Positions 37,807-45,914 of a stretch of 64,000 nt of DNA are shown one piece after another. The stretch lies in the IMG/VR virus record IMGVR_UViG_3300026549_000045, positions 1-64,000 of that record. One strand, given 5' to 3'. Below the pieces are notes generated by a model, which did no database searches, was not told where the DNA came from, and saw only the letters and a list, made by a program, of their open reading frames with translations. Origin of the DNA: a virus (taxonomy: Duplodnaviria; Caudoviricetes). Position 1 is the stretch's first letter. Every line of letters starts with the position of its first letter. Position numbers and translations under genes: made by a program.

Positions 37807-38214
37807 ATGAAGAAACGTCGTTCTGTTACCGTCATCCTCCGTTCCTGTCTGACTGGCAAGGTCGTGTGGATATACAGAGGTCCTTCGCAGGAGGCTGCAA
37901 GGAAAGCATACTTCCGTGCTTGCAAGAAAGAGATAGAGCATGTTCGCAGCTGGGCTGAACGTATGGCTCAACGCACAGCCTCCATTACACGGCTGCTGAC
38001 GAATTGCCTGGCCGACAAGCCCATTGACGCAGAGCTGACACCAGAACAGCAGGAAGCCGCCAAGGAACTGCAAGCCATCAGCAAAAAGCAGTTGGAGTGT
38101 CACAGCGAGTTTTATGATCACATCATGGAAGAGCGCCGCCGCCGGGAAGAAGACCGTGAGATACGCCGCAAGATGCGTGAAAATGTTGCCAAAAAAGAAG
38201 TCGAAGAAAAATAA
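37807..38214 (+). CDS. Hypothetical protein
   Basis: Packed ORF. Confidence 0.7.
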   Translation: MKKRRSVTVILRSCLTGKVVWIYRGPSQEAARKAYFRACKKEIEHVRSWAERMAQRTASITRLLTNCLADKPIDAELTPEQQEAAKELQAISKKQLECHSEFYDHIMEERRRREEDREIRRKMRENVAKKEVEEK

Positions 38215-38226
38215 CAAATAATAATT

Positions 38227-38844
38227 ATGATAAATAAAGAGTCAGGTCAGGACGTGGAGTCCATCGAATACGGCATCGACAGCGAGGCCATACGACAGCA
38301 GGCAGAAGCAAACCTGCAGAACGGCAACCGCGAGTACCGCAAGCTGAAACAAGAGCTTGACGGGCTTGACTTCAGGCGTGACTTCGTGAAGATCAACCTT
38401 GTGAAGACGAAGATGAAGCACATGGTAAACGTGGAGACCAACCGCCTGTGGATGCTGGAAATGGAAAAGCGCAAGAGCGTGAAAGACCTCAGCGACCTGC
38501 TCCTGAAGAAAGACCGTGCCGAATATGAACACTTCCAGGAACTGATGGCCGGACTGTCGCTGTTGCTTGACATGACGGACAACATATTCTTCGATATCAA
38601 TAAGCTGCTGAACCGTAACAACATCGGCATTGAGATGAACAACTTCCCAGAACTGAAGGCTGCAAAGAAGACTGTGCAGGATATGGCAATCAAGGAGCAG
38701 TACGGGATGGCACGCTACAAGGAAGACCTATGGAACGACGAGTCAGAGCGCATATACAAGTACCTGCTTGAGCGCTGCGCCACCTACCGTCGTAAGGTTG
38801 ACCGCATAGAGTCAAAGATGAAGAAAACTGAAAATAAAGGATAG
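38227..38844 (+). CDS. Hypothetical helical protein
   Basis: Packed ORF. Confidence 0.75.
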   Translation: MINKESGQDVESIEYGIDSEAIRQQAEANLQNGNREYRKLKQELDGLDFRRDFVKINLVKTKMKHMVNVETNRLWMLEMEKRKSVKDLSDLLLKKDRAEYEHFQELMAGLSLLLDMTDNIFFDINKLLNRNNIGIEMNNFPELKAAKKTVQDMAIKEQYGMARYKEDLWNDESERIYKYLLERCATYRRKVDRIESKMKKTENKG

Positions 38845-38851
38845 AGACGAT

Positions 38852-39538
38852 ATGAAACATCTGGATATTACAATAGACTTTGAGACCTGCGCCATGACAG
38901 CCAACGCGGCTGTGATGCAGGTTGCAATGGTGCCTTGGCTGAGAGACAACGATGCAGACCCATTCTCGTTTGACGATATGGATATATATGAAGGTTGCGT
39001 GGATCTGAGGACATGCGTGGTGGATGGCTTTGACTTTGACCCAGAGACTATCAAGTGGTGGTCAGAGAGAAACCTAAAGGCAAAGGAGGCGGTGACGAAG
39101 GGAGAACCGAAAGCTGTTGACGACGTGTTGATTGGCATGCTGAACTACATCCGCGAACTCAAAGAGAAGCATGCGCTGACAAGCATCTTTGTATGGTGTC
39201 AGGGCATGGACTTTGACATTGCGATACTGAGGAACCTGTGTCGTAAGTATGGCGTGAAACTTGAAGAGAACATACCGCACACGTCGTTCAGGGATTGCCG
39301 CACGGTGATACTGGAAGCTGCACTGATAGAGGCCAGTCGCAGTCTGAACGGAAAGAGTACACGTGCTAACGGCATCATACTGCCCGAGCAGATACTTGCA
39401 GGCAGCTACGATGTTTACAAGATGTTTGATCCCCTGCCAGAACGCTATTCTGCAGGAAGCGAGGCTCACGACGCACTCTACGATGCCTTGCGCTCAAGTT
39501 GGAACACCTGGCAGGCACTGAAATGGTTGAACGCTTAA
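38852..39538 (+). CDS. DEDDh 3'-5' exonuclease (Rv2179c/DUF5051-like)
   Basis: IDFET, TIKWW, VWCQGMDFDIAIL, RDCRT, HDALYDA. Confidence 0.85.
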   Translation: MKHLDITIDFETCAMTANAAVMQVAMVPWLRDNDADPFSFDDMDIYEGCVDLRTCVVDGFDFDPETIKWWSERNLKAKEAVTKGEPKAVDDVLIGMLNYIRELKEKHALTSIFVWCQGMDFDIAILRNLCRKYGVKLEENIPHTSFRDCRTVILEAALIEASRSLNGKSTRANGIILPEQILAGSYDVYKMFDPLPERYSAGSEAHDALYDALRSSWNTWQALKWLNA

Positions 39539-39551
39539 CAAAAGGAAACGA

Positions 39552-39989
39552 ATGATGAACAATACTATATACATCAGCGGGCCTATCAGCGACCCGACTA
39601 CGAGCCAGCCGAGGACTGGATGGCAGAAGGAATTTCTGGAGGCCGAGGCGAAGTTGCGCCGGATGGGCTTTTCAGTAATGAACCCGGTTGACATTGCGCG
39701 TGATGTGGAGGAAGCCTTCAGGCAGGAGCCAACACGTGCGGACTATATTCTGGCTTGTTTGGAGCGGATGAAAGTGGCACAAGAGACAGGCATACTGCAC
39801 GGCGTGTACCTTATCGGTGATATCGACGCATGCAAAGATTCGCATGGTGTACAGATGGAACTTCACTTGGCAGAGATATTGGGCATCCCGGTATTTGCAG
39901 AGTTCCGCGCTGACAATGAGATATGGACTGACAGTTTCTATCTGAAGTCGGAAAGAACTATAGAAGGGCTGCTGGAAGATAAAGCGTAA
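39552..39989 (+). CDS. DUF4406-like (nucleoside deoxyribosyltransferase-like) protein
   Basis: IYISGPIS, F..AEAKL..GF.VMNP, SHGVQME..A..LGIPV. Confidence 0.75.
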   Translation: MMNNTIYISGPISDPTTSQPRTGWQKEFLEAEAKLRRMGFSVMNPVDIARDVEEAFRQEPTRADYILACLERMKVAQETGILHGVYLIGDIDACKDSHGVQMELHLAEILGIPVFAEFRADNEIWTDSFYLKSERTIEGLLEDKA

Positions 39990-40010
39990 TATTCACTATA
40001 AGATATAAAG

Positions 40011-41018
40011 ATGATGGCAACCCCAGTTCTACCCTCTCTCCCACACTCTTGGAGCGAACTGACATGGCAGCAGCTGTGCCAGTGCTGGAGTGTAAAGATG
40101 CGCTACGGTGGCAACGCTGATGTTGCACGGGTGGCTGCATTGCTTACACTATGCCATCTTGACGAGGTAGACAGTACCACGATCCGTACCAATTCGGGAG
40201 AGACGTTGTACAGGCTTCGTGATACAGACGGATGCCTGTGGACGGTGACAGCCCGCGAGGCGGCACATCTGGCAAAGGTAGCACTGCCTTGGTTTGATTT
40301 CCCTTATGGTGATACTGGTGATAAAGAGGAGACGGACGATGATGGTAATATCATCAGGGAACACCGGGAGGGTGTCAGCGGTTATGTCTGTCCTGAATGG
40401 AAAGACGCCATGATTCTGCCGCAAGATACCTTGAAGACAGGTGGTCATTATTATGCTCTGCCGCAGGTGGCCTGCAACAATATCACTTGGCAGCAGTATC
40501 GCTCGTTACAATCCATAGCTCCACAACTCTTTCAAGAGGATGTCAGCGAAGAGCAGGCCAAGATGCTGCAGGCGCAATTCATGGCACATTGCCTTGTTCC
40601 CCGATCGCGGTCCTTGCTTGATAGCAACGGCAAGACCATCAAGATACGTCCGCACTATGTCTATGAGTACGATGCAGACCAGGCAGAAGGACAGGTGAAG
40701 TATTGGCAGAAGCGTTTGGAACAGGAGGACGCCATCATCCTGTTCCATATCTGCTTCCAAGTATATCAGACGGCGCTGAGCTACTATGCGAAGTCGTATC
40801 CTGAACTCTTTGATGACTCGGGCAAGAAAGACCCCTTACGTGATGCGCTGACCGGAGAGGTGGGCACCATCAACACCATTATGAAGTATGCCGGTTATGC
40901 AGAACAGCAGCAGGTGTATGACAGCAACCTTCCCTTTGTGTTAGACATTCTGAATACAATGACTAAGGAAGCTCGGGAGATTGAGAGGATGAATAGTAAA
41001 ATCAAAAATAAGAACTGA
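40011..41018 (+). CDS. Hypothetical phage protein
   Basis: 335-aa ORF starting LPHSWSELTWQQ. Confidence 0.75.
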   Translation: MMATPVLPSLPHSWSELTWQQLCQCWSVKMRYGGNADVARVAALLTLCHLDEVDSTTIRTNSGETLYRLRDTDGCLWTVTAREAAHLAKVALPWFDFPYGDTGDKEETDDDGNIIREHREGVSGYVCPEWKDAMILPQDTLKTGGHYYALPQVACNNITWQQYRSLQSIAPQLFQEDVSEEQAKMLQAQFMAHCLVPRSRSLLDSNGKTIKIRPHYVYEYDADQAEGQVKYWQKRLEQEDAIILFHICFQVYQTALSYYAKSYPELFDDSGKKDPLRDALTGEVGTINTIMKYAGYAEQQQVYDSNLPFVLDILNTMTKEAREIERMNSKIKNKN

Positions 41019-41024
41019 TAAGGT

Positions 41025-42179
41025 ATGAAAGCAGATTACATTTACTTTGGCGACGCTGGCATGACCAGCACCAGTGCCAACCATGCGGCGAACATGGCGA
41101 AAGAGAGTGTGAGACACCTGATGGACGAACTGGCAGGTGTGAGTTTCTATGGTACTACGGTGAGCCTATTGAGCAGCGGTGCAGGCGCCAAGCAGAGCAA
41201 GGTCGGCAACACGGCTGAGCAGCTTGACGGCACATATGACAAGCTGAAAACCATCGGCGAGGCCCATGCGCTGATAGCCTGGCTGCGTGAAGCCATCAAG
41301 GCCCGTGAGCGACTGTTGGCAGAGGTGAAGAACATGACGCTGGCAGGGTATTGCAAGACGGTGTTAGGCGGTGTTGAAGTGCCAAAGGCAGACACGAACA
41401 TCGTGGACTGGATGAAGGAGAAGGGTTATACCAAGCCAGACATCAACGGTGAGTTTCCTGATGTGGAGCATAAGCGTATCATTGGCATACCGGTTGCCCC
41501 ATTGGAATTGTTCTGCAAGAAGTTCGGACTGAAGATGCCCGATGCGGTGAAGAAGCAGGAGCCGATGACAGTCGATGACTATATGGCCGGACTGAGTGTA
41601 AAGGATCGTAACCGCATGTTGTTGTTGGAAGCCAAAGCCGCCGTGATTGGCAAGTTCATCCATGAGGATGGAAAACTCGACAAGGAGCGTAAGTCGCTGC
41701 GTGAGGTGCTGTCGCATCCCGTCGGAACACATGGCGAGGGACAGAACATGCTCCTATACCAGTTTGAGCCCACAGTGACGCAGGAGTATGTTGATGGTAT
41801 GTTCTTCCGTCTGGCTGCAGAGCATCGTGCCCTACAGGCAGAGTTGAACGGTATGCTGGCCGAGCGTGACCGTACCATCGAGGCCGACAAGCAGGCTAAG
41901 GCAGCAGAGTTTCAGAAGGCATCTGCAGACTTCTCGCGTGAAATGAGTGTGTTGCAGGATAAGTTGTCGGCATATCTCGTGGAAGAGCAGAGCAAGCTGA
42001 GCAAGATGCAGGACGAATACAATGCCTGGTCTATGGACCAGAAGAACCGCCATCAGGAGTTGTGCGCAAACATGGAGACATGGAAGCTGGCAGAAGCCAA
42101 GCGTATTGCTGGGCTGGGCATCATCATCCCGAACGAGTTGCGTGACATCTATGAGTGGGTGAACGGACTGGGTAAATAG
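41025..42179 (+). CDS. Unknown coiled-coil protein immediately upstream of a structured ncRNA
   Basis: N-terminal FGDAGMTSTSANHAANMAKE, AWLREAIKARE, C-terminal LGIIIPNELRDIYE. Confidence 0.85.
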   Translation: MKADYIYFGDAGMTSTSANHAANMAKESVRHLMDELAGVSFYGTTVSLLSSGAGAKQSKVGNTAEQLDGTYDKLKTIGEAHALIAWLREAIKARERLLAEVKNMTLAGYCKTVLGGVEVPKADTNIVDWMKEKGYTKPDINGEFPDVEHKRIIGIPVAPLELFCKKFGLKMPDAVKKQEPMTVDDYMAGLSVKDRNRMLLLEAKAAVIGKFIHEDGKLDKERKSLREVLSHPVGTHGEGQNMLLYQFEPTVTQEYVDGMFFRLAAEHRALQAELNGMLAERDRTIEADKQAKAAEFQKASADFSREMSVLQDKLSAYLVEEQSKLSKMQDEYNAWSMDQKNRHQELCANMETWKLAEAKRIAGLGIIIPNELRDIYEWVNGLGK

Positions 42180-42204
42180 TCCATTGGATTTCTTTGACTT
42201 ATTG

Positions 42205-42641
42205 AGACACAGGTAGCCGCAGACTGAATGGATTTCCTGCGAAACTGCGGCGCACCGACAGCGGAGGGTGGTCTTGTTTATAGCACGTGCCAACATTTAC
42301 GGGCTATCGGCAAGTATCAAAAGACAGTTCAGAAGGTCGCGGGTTCGATTCCCGCCTTGCGTGCTAAGCAAGTAGTTCAGCTGGTTAGAACGTTTGAAGG
42401 TTGCAAAAGTTTGCAGGTTCGAGCCCTGCCCCGTCTTGGACGGGTGGCGGAAGTGGTAGACGCGGGTCTTTTTGGTAGATCTACTTATCGCAAAACAAAA
42501 AATGACGTTGCCGCACGACACTCATACGGAGAGGCCGTCGCCTCCCGAGAAGGATCTTGCTCTTGCTGAGTGTGGCAATGGTTCTTGCTTTTGTTCATGC
42601 CTTTGTCGCTGAAATCATCTGCCGTCGCCGGGCCTGTGTCT
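42205..42641 (+). ncRNA. ~440-nt structured RNA with two circularly permuted tRNA-like modules
   Basis: Closing helices AGACACAGG/CCTGTGTCT, GCAGA/TCTGC and GATTTC..GCGA/TCGC.GAAATC; T-arm > acceptor hairpin > D-arm modules at 42328-42398 and 42413-42464. Confidence 0.8.
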
Positions 42642-42682
42642 TTTCATAGAATACGAATATTGACAAATACAAAGCTACAATT

Positions 42683-43549
42683 ATGTCAAATACAACTTCA
42701 GACTTAAAACCTATAAAGGGTAAGTGTATCTACACAACCAAAGGTGCCGCACGAGAGTATGGCCGTATAGGCTGTAACTTCTTCAAGGGATGCCCGCATG
42801 AGTGTGAATACTGCTACCTTAAACGTGGTGCGCCATCGGCAGAACTGGGTGGTAATACTGCTGTGCTGAAGAAATGTCTTGTCAACGAAGACAAGGCACT
42901 TGAGATATTCTGCAAGGAGGCACGGAAGCATATTGAAGTGCTTAAAAAGTATGGTGTATTCTTATCGTTCTCAACAGACCCGATGCTGACGGAGACCAGA
43001 GACCTGACGTTCTCTGCCATCAACTTCTGCATCAGTAATGACATCCATGTGAAGGTGCTTACCAAAAATGCGGATTTCATTCTCTACGACCGAATGAAAA
43101 ACCTGTGTGGCTCTACTGTAGCCAGGGACTATGTGGAGTTTGGCTTTACGTTGACAGGGCGTGACGATATGGAACCCAAGGCTTCATCAAACCACGACCG
43201 CATCGAGGCTATGAGGCTGTTGTATCAGCGTGGATTCAAGACTTTTGCCAGTATTGAGCCGGTCATCGACTGGACGCACTCAAAGATGGTTATAGACCTT
43301 TCGCTTGACTGCTGCAACCATTACAAGATCGGGCTTCGCTCTGGTGTGAAGAAAGACTATTATTCCGTATTGCGAAGCGGCATGGCCATTCAGGAAATGG
43401 TGGAGAAGATCGTGGCAGCAGGACGTACAGTCTACCTGAAGGAGAGCACCCGTGCCTTATTGCGCAGATGCTATATAGAAGAAGAGAGTGAGCGCATATT
43501 GAGTAAGACGCTTGACATTGACGGCAATCCATACAAAACAATTAAATAA
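42683..43549 (+). CDS. Radical SAM protein
   Basis: GCPHECEYCY (CxxxCxxC), FSTDP, VLTKN, ASIEP. Confidence 0.85.
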   Translation: MSNTTSDLKPIKGKCIYTTKGAAREYGRIGCNFFKGCPHECEYCYLKRGAPSAELGGNTAVLKKCLVNEDKALEIFCKEARKHIEVLKKYGVFLSFSTDPMLTETRDLTFSAINFCISNDIHVKVLTKNADFILYDRMKNLCGSTVARDYVEFGFTLTGRDDMEPKASSNHDRIEAMRLLYQRGFKTFASIEPVIDWTHSKMVIDLSLDCCNHYKIGLRSGVKKDYYSVLRSGMAIQEMVEKIVAAGRTVYLKESTRALLRRCYIEEESERILSKTLDIDGNPYKTIK

Positions 43550-43556
43550 AAAAAGT

Positions 43557-44267
43557 ATGCAAGACCAAAGATATGACCAGCTCCGCGAGATTCTGGGAGC
43601 GAATGCCGAAAAGGGCATTGACGAAAGATTCAAAGAACTGTTGCGTAATAATGAACGTGACTTTGATGAAATGATGGAGGTACAGCGTGATTTGGAACCT
43701 AAGTACGTCATTGTGAAGGAAGGTGAGCTGTACAGGTTCCGTGCCAGGTACGTAGACATGCACCGCACGTTGCTCTCGCAGAACGAGATACGCCAGCGTC
43801 TGTGTGACGGTGGTGGTTTCTGGGGCGTTGACGGCGAGAAGCGGCTGGTGACGCTCTATGACAGCAGCTCTGACTTCGGATTTCCAAAGCATATTGAGGA
43901 AGCTATCCACATGGACGGATGGCACCTGCTGGAGATACTTGGCCGGGTGTGTGACAAAAAAGGTGGACTGGTTGACCTCTCGGGTTATCAGATCTCCTAT
44001 ATGGACCGTCAGCATGAGCGTCACTATGTGGACTATCTGAGCAAGGAGGAAGCCGAGGTACTGGAGTACGGCACAAAAGTACAACCTCGTGACATCCGCG
44101 ATAACGACAATCCCGAAGCAGTTGAGCGCATGAAACGACTGTCACGCGAGGACTACGAGAGATTCGGTCGTTGTACGAACTATACACCTCCCAGCACTGT
44201 GAACAAGAAGAAGCGCAAGGCAAAGAACCGTCAGCAGAAGCAGTCACGTAAACGTTCAAGAAGATGA
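43557..44267 (+). CDS. Hypothetical protein
   Basis: ORF with basic C-terminal tail. Confidence 0.75.
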   Translation: MQDQRYDQLREILGANAEKGIDERFKELLRNNERDFDEMMEVQRDLEPKYVIVKEGELYRFRARYVDMHRTLLSQNEIRQRLCDGGGFWGVDGEKRLVTLYDSSSDFGFPKHIEEAIHMDGWHLLEILGRVCDKKGGLVDLSGYQISYMDRQHERHYVDYLSKEEAEVLEYGTKVQPRDIRDNDNPEAVERMKRLSREDYERFGRCTNYTPPSTVNKKKRKAKNRQQKQSRKRSRR

Positions 44268-44375
44268 ATGACTATATAGAAAGAGCAGTTGCAGACATTG
44301 CACGGAAATGCCATGTCAAGCAAGATGAAGTCTGGGTAGCAATGAAAGAATTGTCAAATTTAAAATGTAAAAACA

Positions 44376-45125
44376 ATGGATAAAGCTCAGGAATTAAAGA
44401 TGCAACTCTTGAAAGAGTTTGGCATTATTGACGAAAAGAAAAGCGTGGACTTCTGCCGTGAAGCCTACAAGTTCCTAACCGAAGGTGAGCAGAATGATAC
44501 ACCTTCAGCCGCTCCGGCAGTATCCAGTGAAGAAGCCATTGCCGTAGATATGGGCCTTCCGTCAGGCACGCTATGGTGTGACCGTAATGTGGGTGCAAAA
44601 TCCCCCGAAGACTACGGTGCTTTCTTCTCTTGGGGCAATACCGATCCGCATTATCCAAACCGTGACAATATGGACTGGGGCGATGATGACGATGGCTTTG
44701 ACTATAGCTTTGACAGCGATACCTATGAAAAGACAGCGGGTTACAAACTGGAAGATAACATTGATATGGCCCATGATGCAGCCCGTGTCAATATGGGTGA
44801 ACCCTGGCAGATGCCTACGGAAGAACAGATTAAGGAGCTATTTGATAATTGCGACTGGGTGCGTAAAACCATCAATGGCGTCAACGGCTATCTGGTTACT
44901 TCTAAGATTAACGGTAACGTTATTTTCTTCCGTGCTTCCGGCGGCGGCTACGGGGCGACGTGGAACAATCGCGGTGCCATCGGTTACTACTGGTCATCGT
45001 CTTGGTACTCTGCCCGCAACGCTCGGAACTTGTTCTTCTTCTCTGATGGTGTGTACCCGCAGTACACGGGCGATCGGTTCGACGGTTTTGCGGTTCGTCC
45101 GGTCCAGTTATCTCACCAGAAATAA
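44376..45125 (+). CDS. C-type-lectin-fold protein (DUF1566/Fib_succ_major-like), DGR target-like
   Basis: AVDMGLPSGTLWCDRNVGA, FSWG, DAAR..WQMPT..ELF, YWSSS..GFAVRPV. Confidence 0.85.
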   Translation: MDKAQELKMQLLKEFGIIDEKKSVDFCREAYKFLTEGEQNDTPSAAPAVSSEEAIAVDMGLPSGTLWCDRNVGAKSPEDYGAFFSWGNTDPHYPNRDNMDWGDDDDGFDYSFDSDTYEKTAGYKLEDNIDMAHDAARVNMGEPWQMPTEEQIKELFDNCDWVRKTINGVNGYLVTSKINGNVIFFRASGGGYGATWNNRGAIGYYWSSSWYSARNARNLFFFSDGVYPQYTGDRFDGFAVRPVQLSHQK

Positions 45126-45178
45126 ACCATAAGTCAGGGACAGCCACCAGCCGCTCCACCAAGAGCGGCACAAGGCTG
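44925..45178 (+). other. Putative DGR variable region plus downstream hairpin
   Basis: C-terminal codons are dominated by NNC/NNT; GC-rich end GCGGTTCGTCCGGTCCAG; hairpin GCCGCTC-CACCAA-GAGCGGC at 45150-45169. Confidence 0.55.
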
Positions 45179-45220
45179 GAACTGATAAACAAGTCACAAA
45201 CCTACAAATAGCGTAAGACA

Positions 45221-45889
45221 ATGGCAAGAATGGCACGAAGAGAGCGAGGCGTGTATGCTTTCCTGCAGAAGCCGTCAGAAATGCGACTGATGCCGGCTAA
45301 GTTCCGTTTGCTGATGGAGCAAGGTCGCGTGGCAGAAGCCATGCAGCCTGTGAACGATGCACTGGAACTGCTGGGTTACGGTAACTACATGCCAGACTAC
45401 CGCATCTTCTATGCCGACTTGTCGCCACAAGCCTCGCATCGTATGGACGAGAAGGAGCGCTGTTGTAGGCGTAATCCCTGGCTTGGCGAGTACATTGAGA
45501 ACTTTACTTCCACTCGCTTGCTCCGTAAGGCAGAGCGTGTCGCTGAGCACTTTGGCATGGAATATATCAAAGAAAAGTTCTGCCCTGTCTGCTGGGGTCG
45601 TCCGCAGTGTGTCAGCGAGAAGGAGATGGTGGATAAGATCGGATACATCGCCTCGCAGTCAGGTTCGGAACTCAGGCCGTCGATACAGCTTTACAATATT
45701 GCCGTTACTGACGAGTCGTACCGGCTGTATCACATGTCTATGCCTGTTGTATGGATGCGATACTCCTATCTTCGGCGTTTCCGTTCAGGGCAGGACATTA
45801 TCAACGTCTACCGCATGATGAAGGGTTCAGAGAAAGTTTACGACATCCCTCTGTTTCCATACCAGGGAGTGCCTGACTTTATGATATAA
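45221..45889 (+). CDS. Hypothetical protein
   Basis: ORF. Confidence 0.75.
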   Translation: MARMARRERGVYAFLQKPSEMRLMPAKFRLLMEQGRVAEAMQPVNDALELLGYGNYMPDYRIFYADLSPQASHRMDEKERCCRRNPWLGEYIENFTSTRLLRKAERVAEHFGMEYIKEKFCPVCWGRPQCVSEKEMVDKIGYIASQSGSELRPSIQLYNIAVTDESYRLYHMSMPVVWMRYSYLRRFRSGQDIINVYRMMKGSEKVYDIPLFPYQGVPDFMI

Positions 45890-45914
45890 GATTTAACCAA
45901 AACAAAATGTAATT

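Noticed and set aside
42366-42437. Canonical tRNA read linearly (D-arm, TTTG-AAGGTTG-CAAA, T-arm)
   Set aside because: The 5' and 3' acceptor strands do not pair with each other (each pairs with its neighbour), the anticodon loop lacks U33/purine-37 character, and there is no CCA.
42228-42569. 113-aa ORF in the ORF track
   Set aside because: It overlaps the tRNA-like arms, and translations such as VAGSIPA and RVAEVVDA are typical tRNA shadow peptides.
42205-42641. tmRNA
   Set aside because: No alanyl acceptor end (G3-U70, CCA) and no tag frame ending in AA-stop; the DLALA resemblance continues without a stop.
44925-45107. Complete DGR cassette
   Set aside because: No RT, Avd or template repeat was seen in the window; only a target-like gene is reported.
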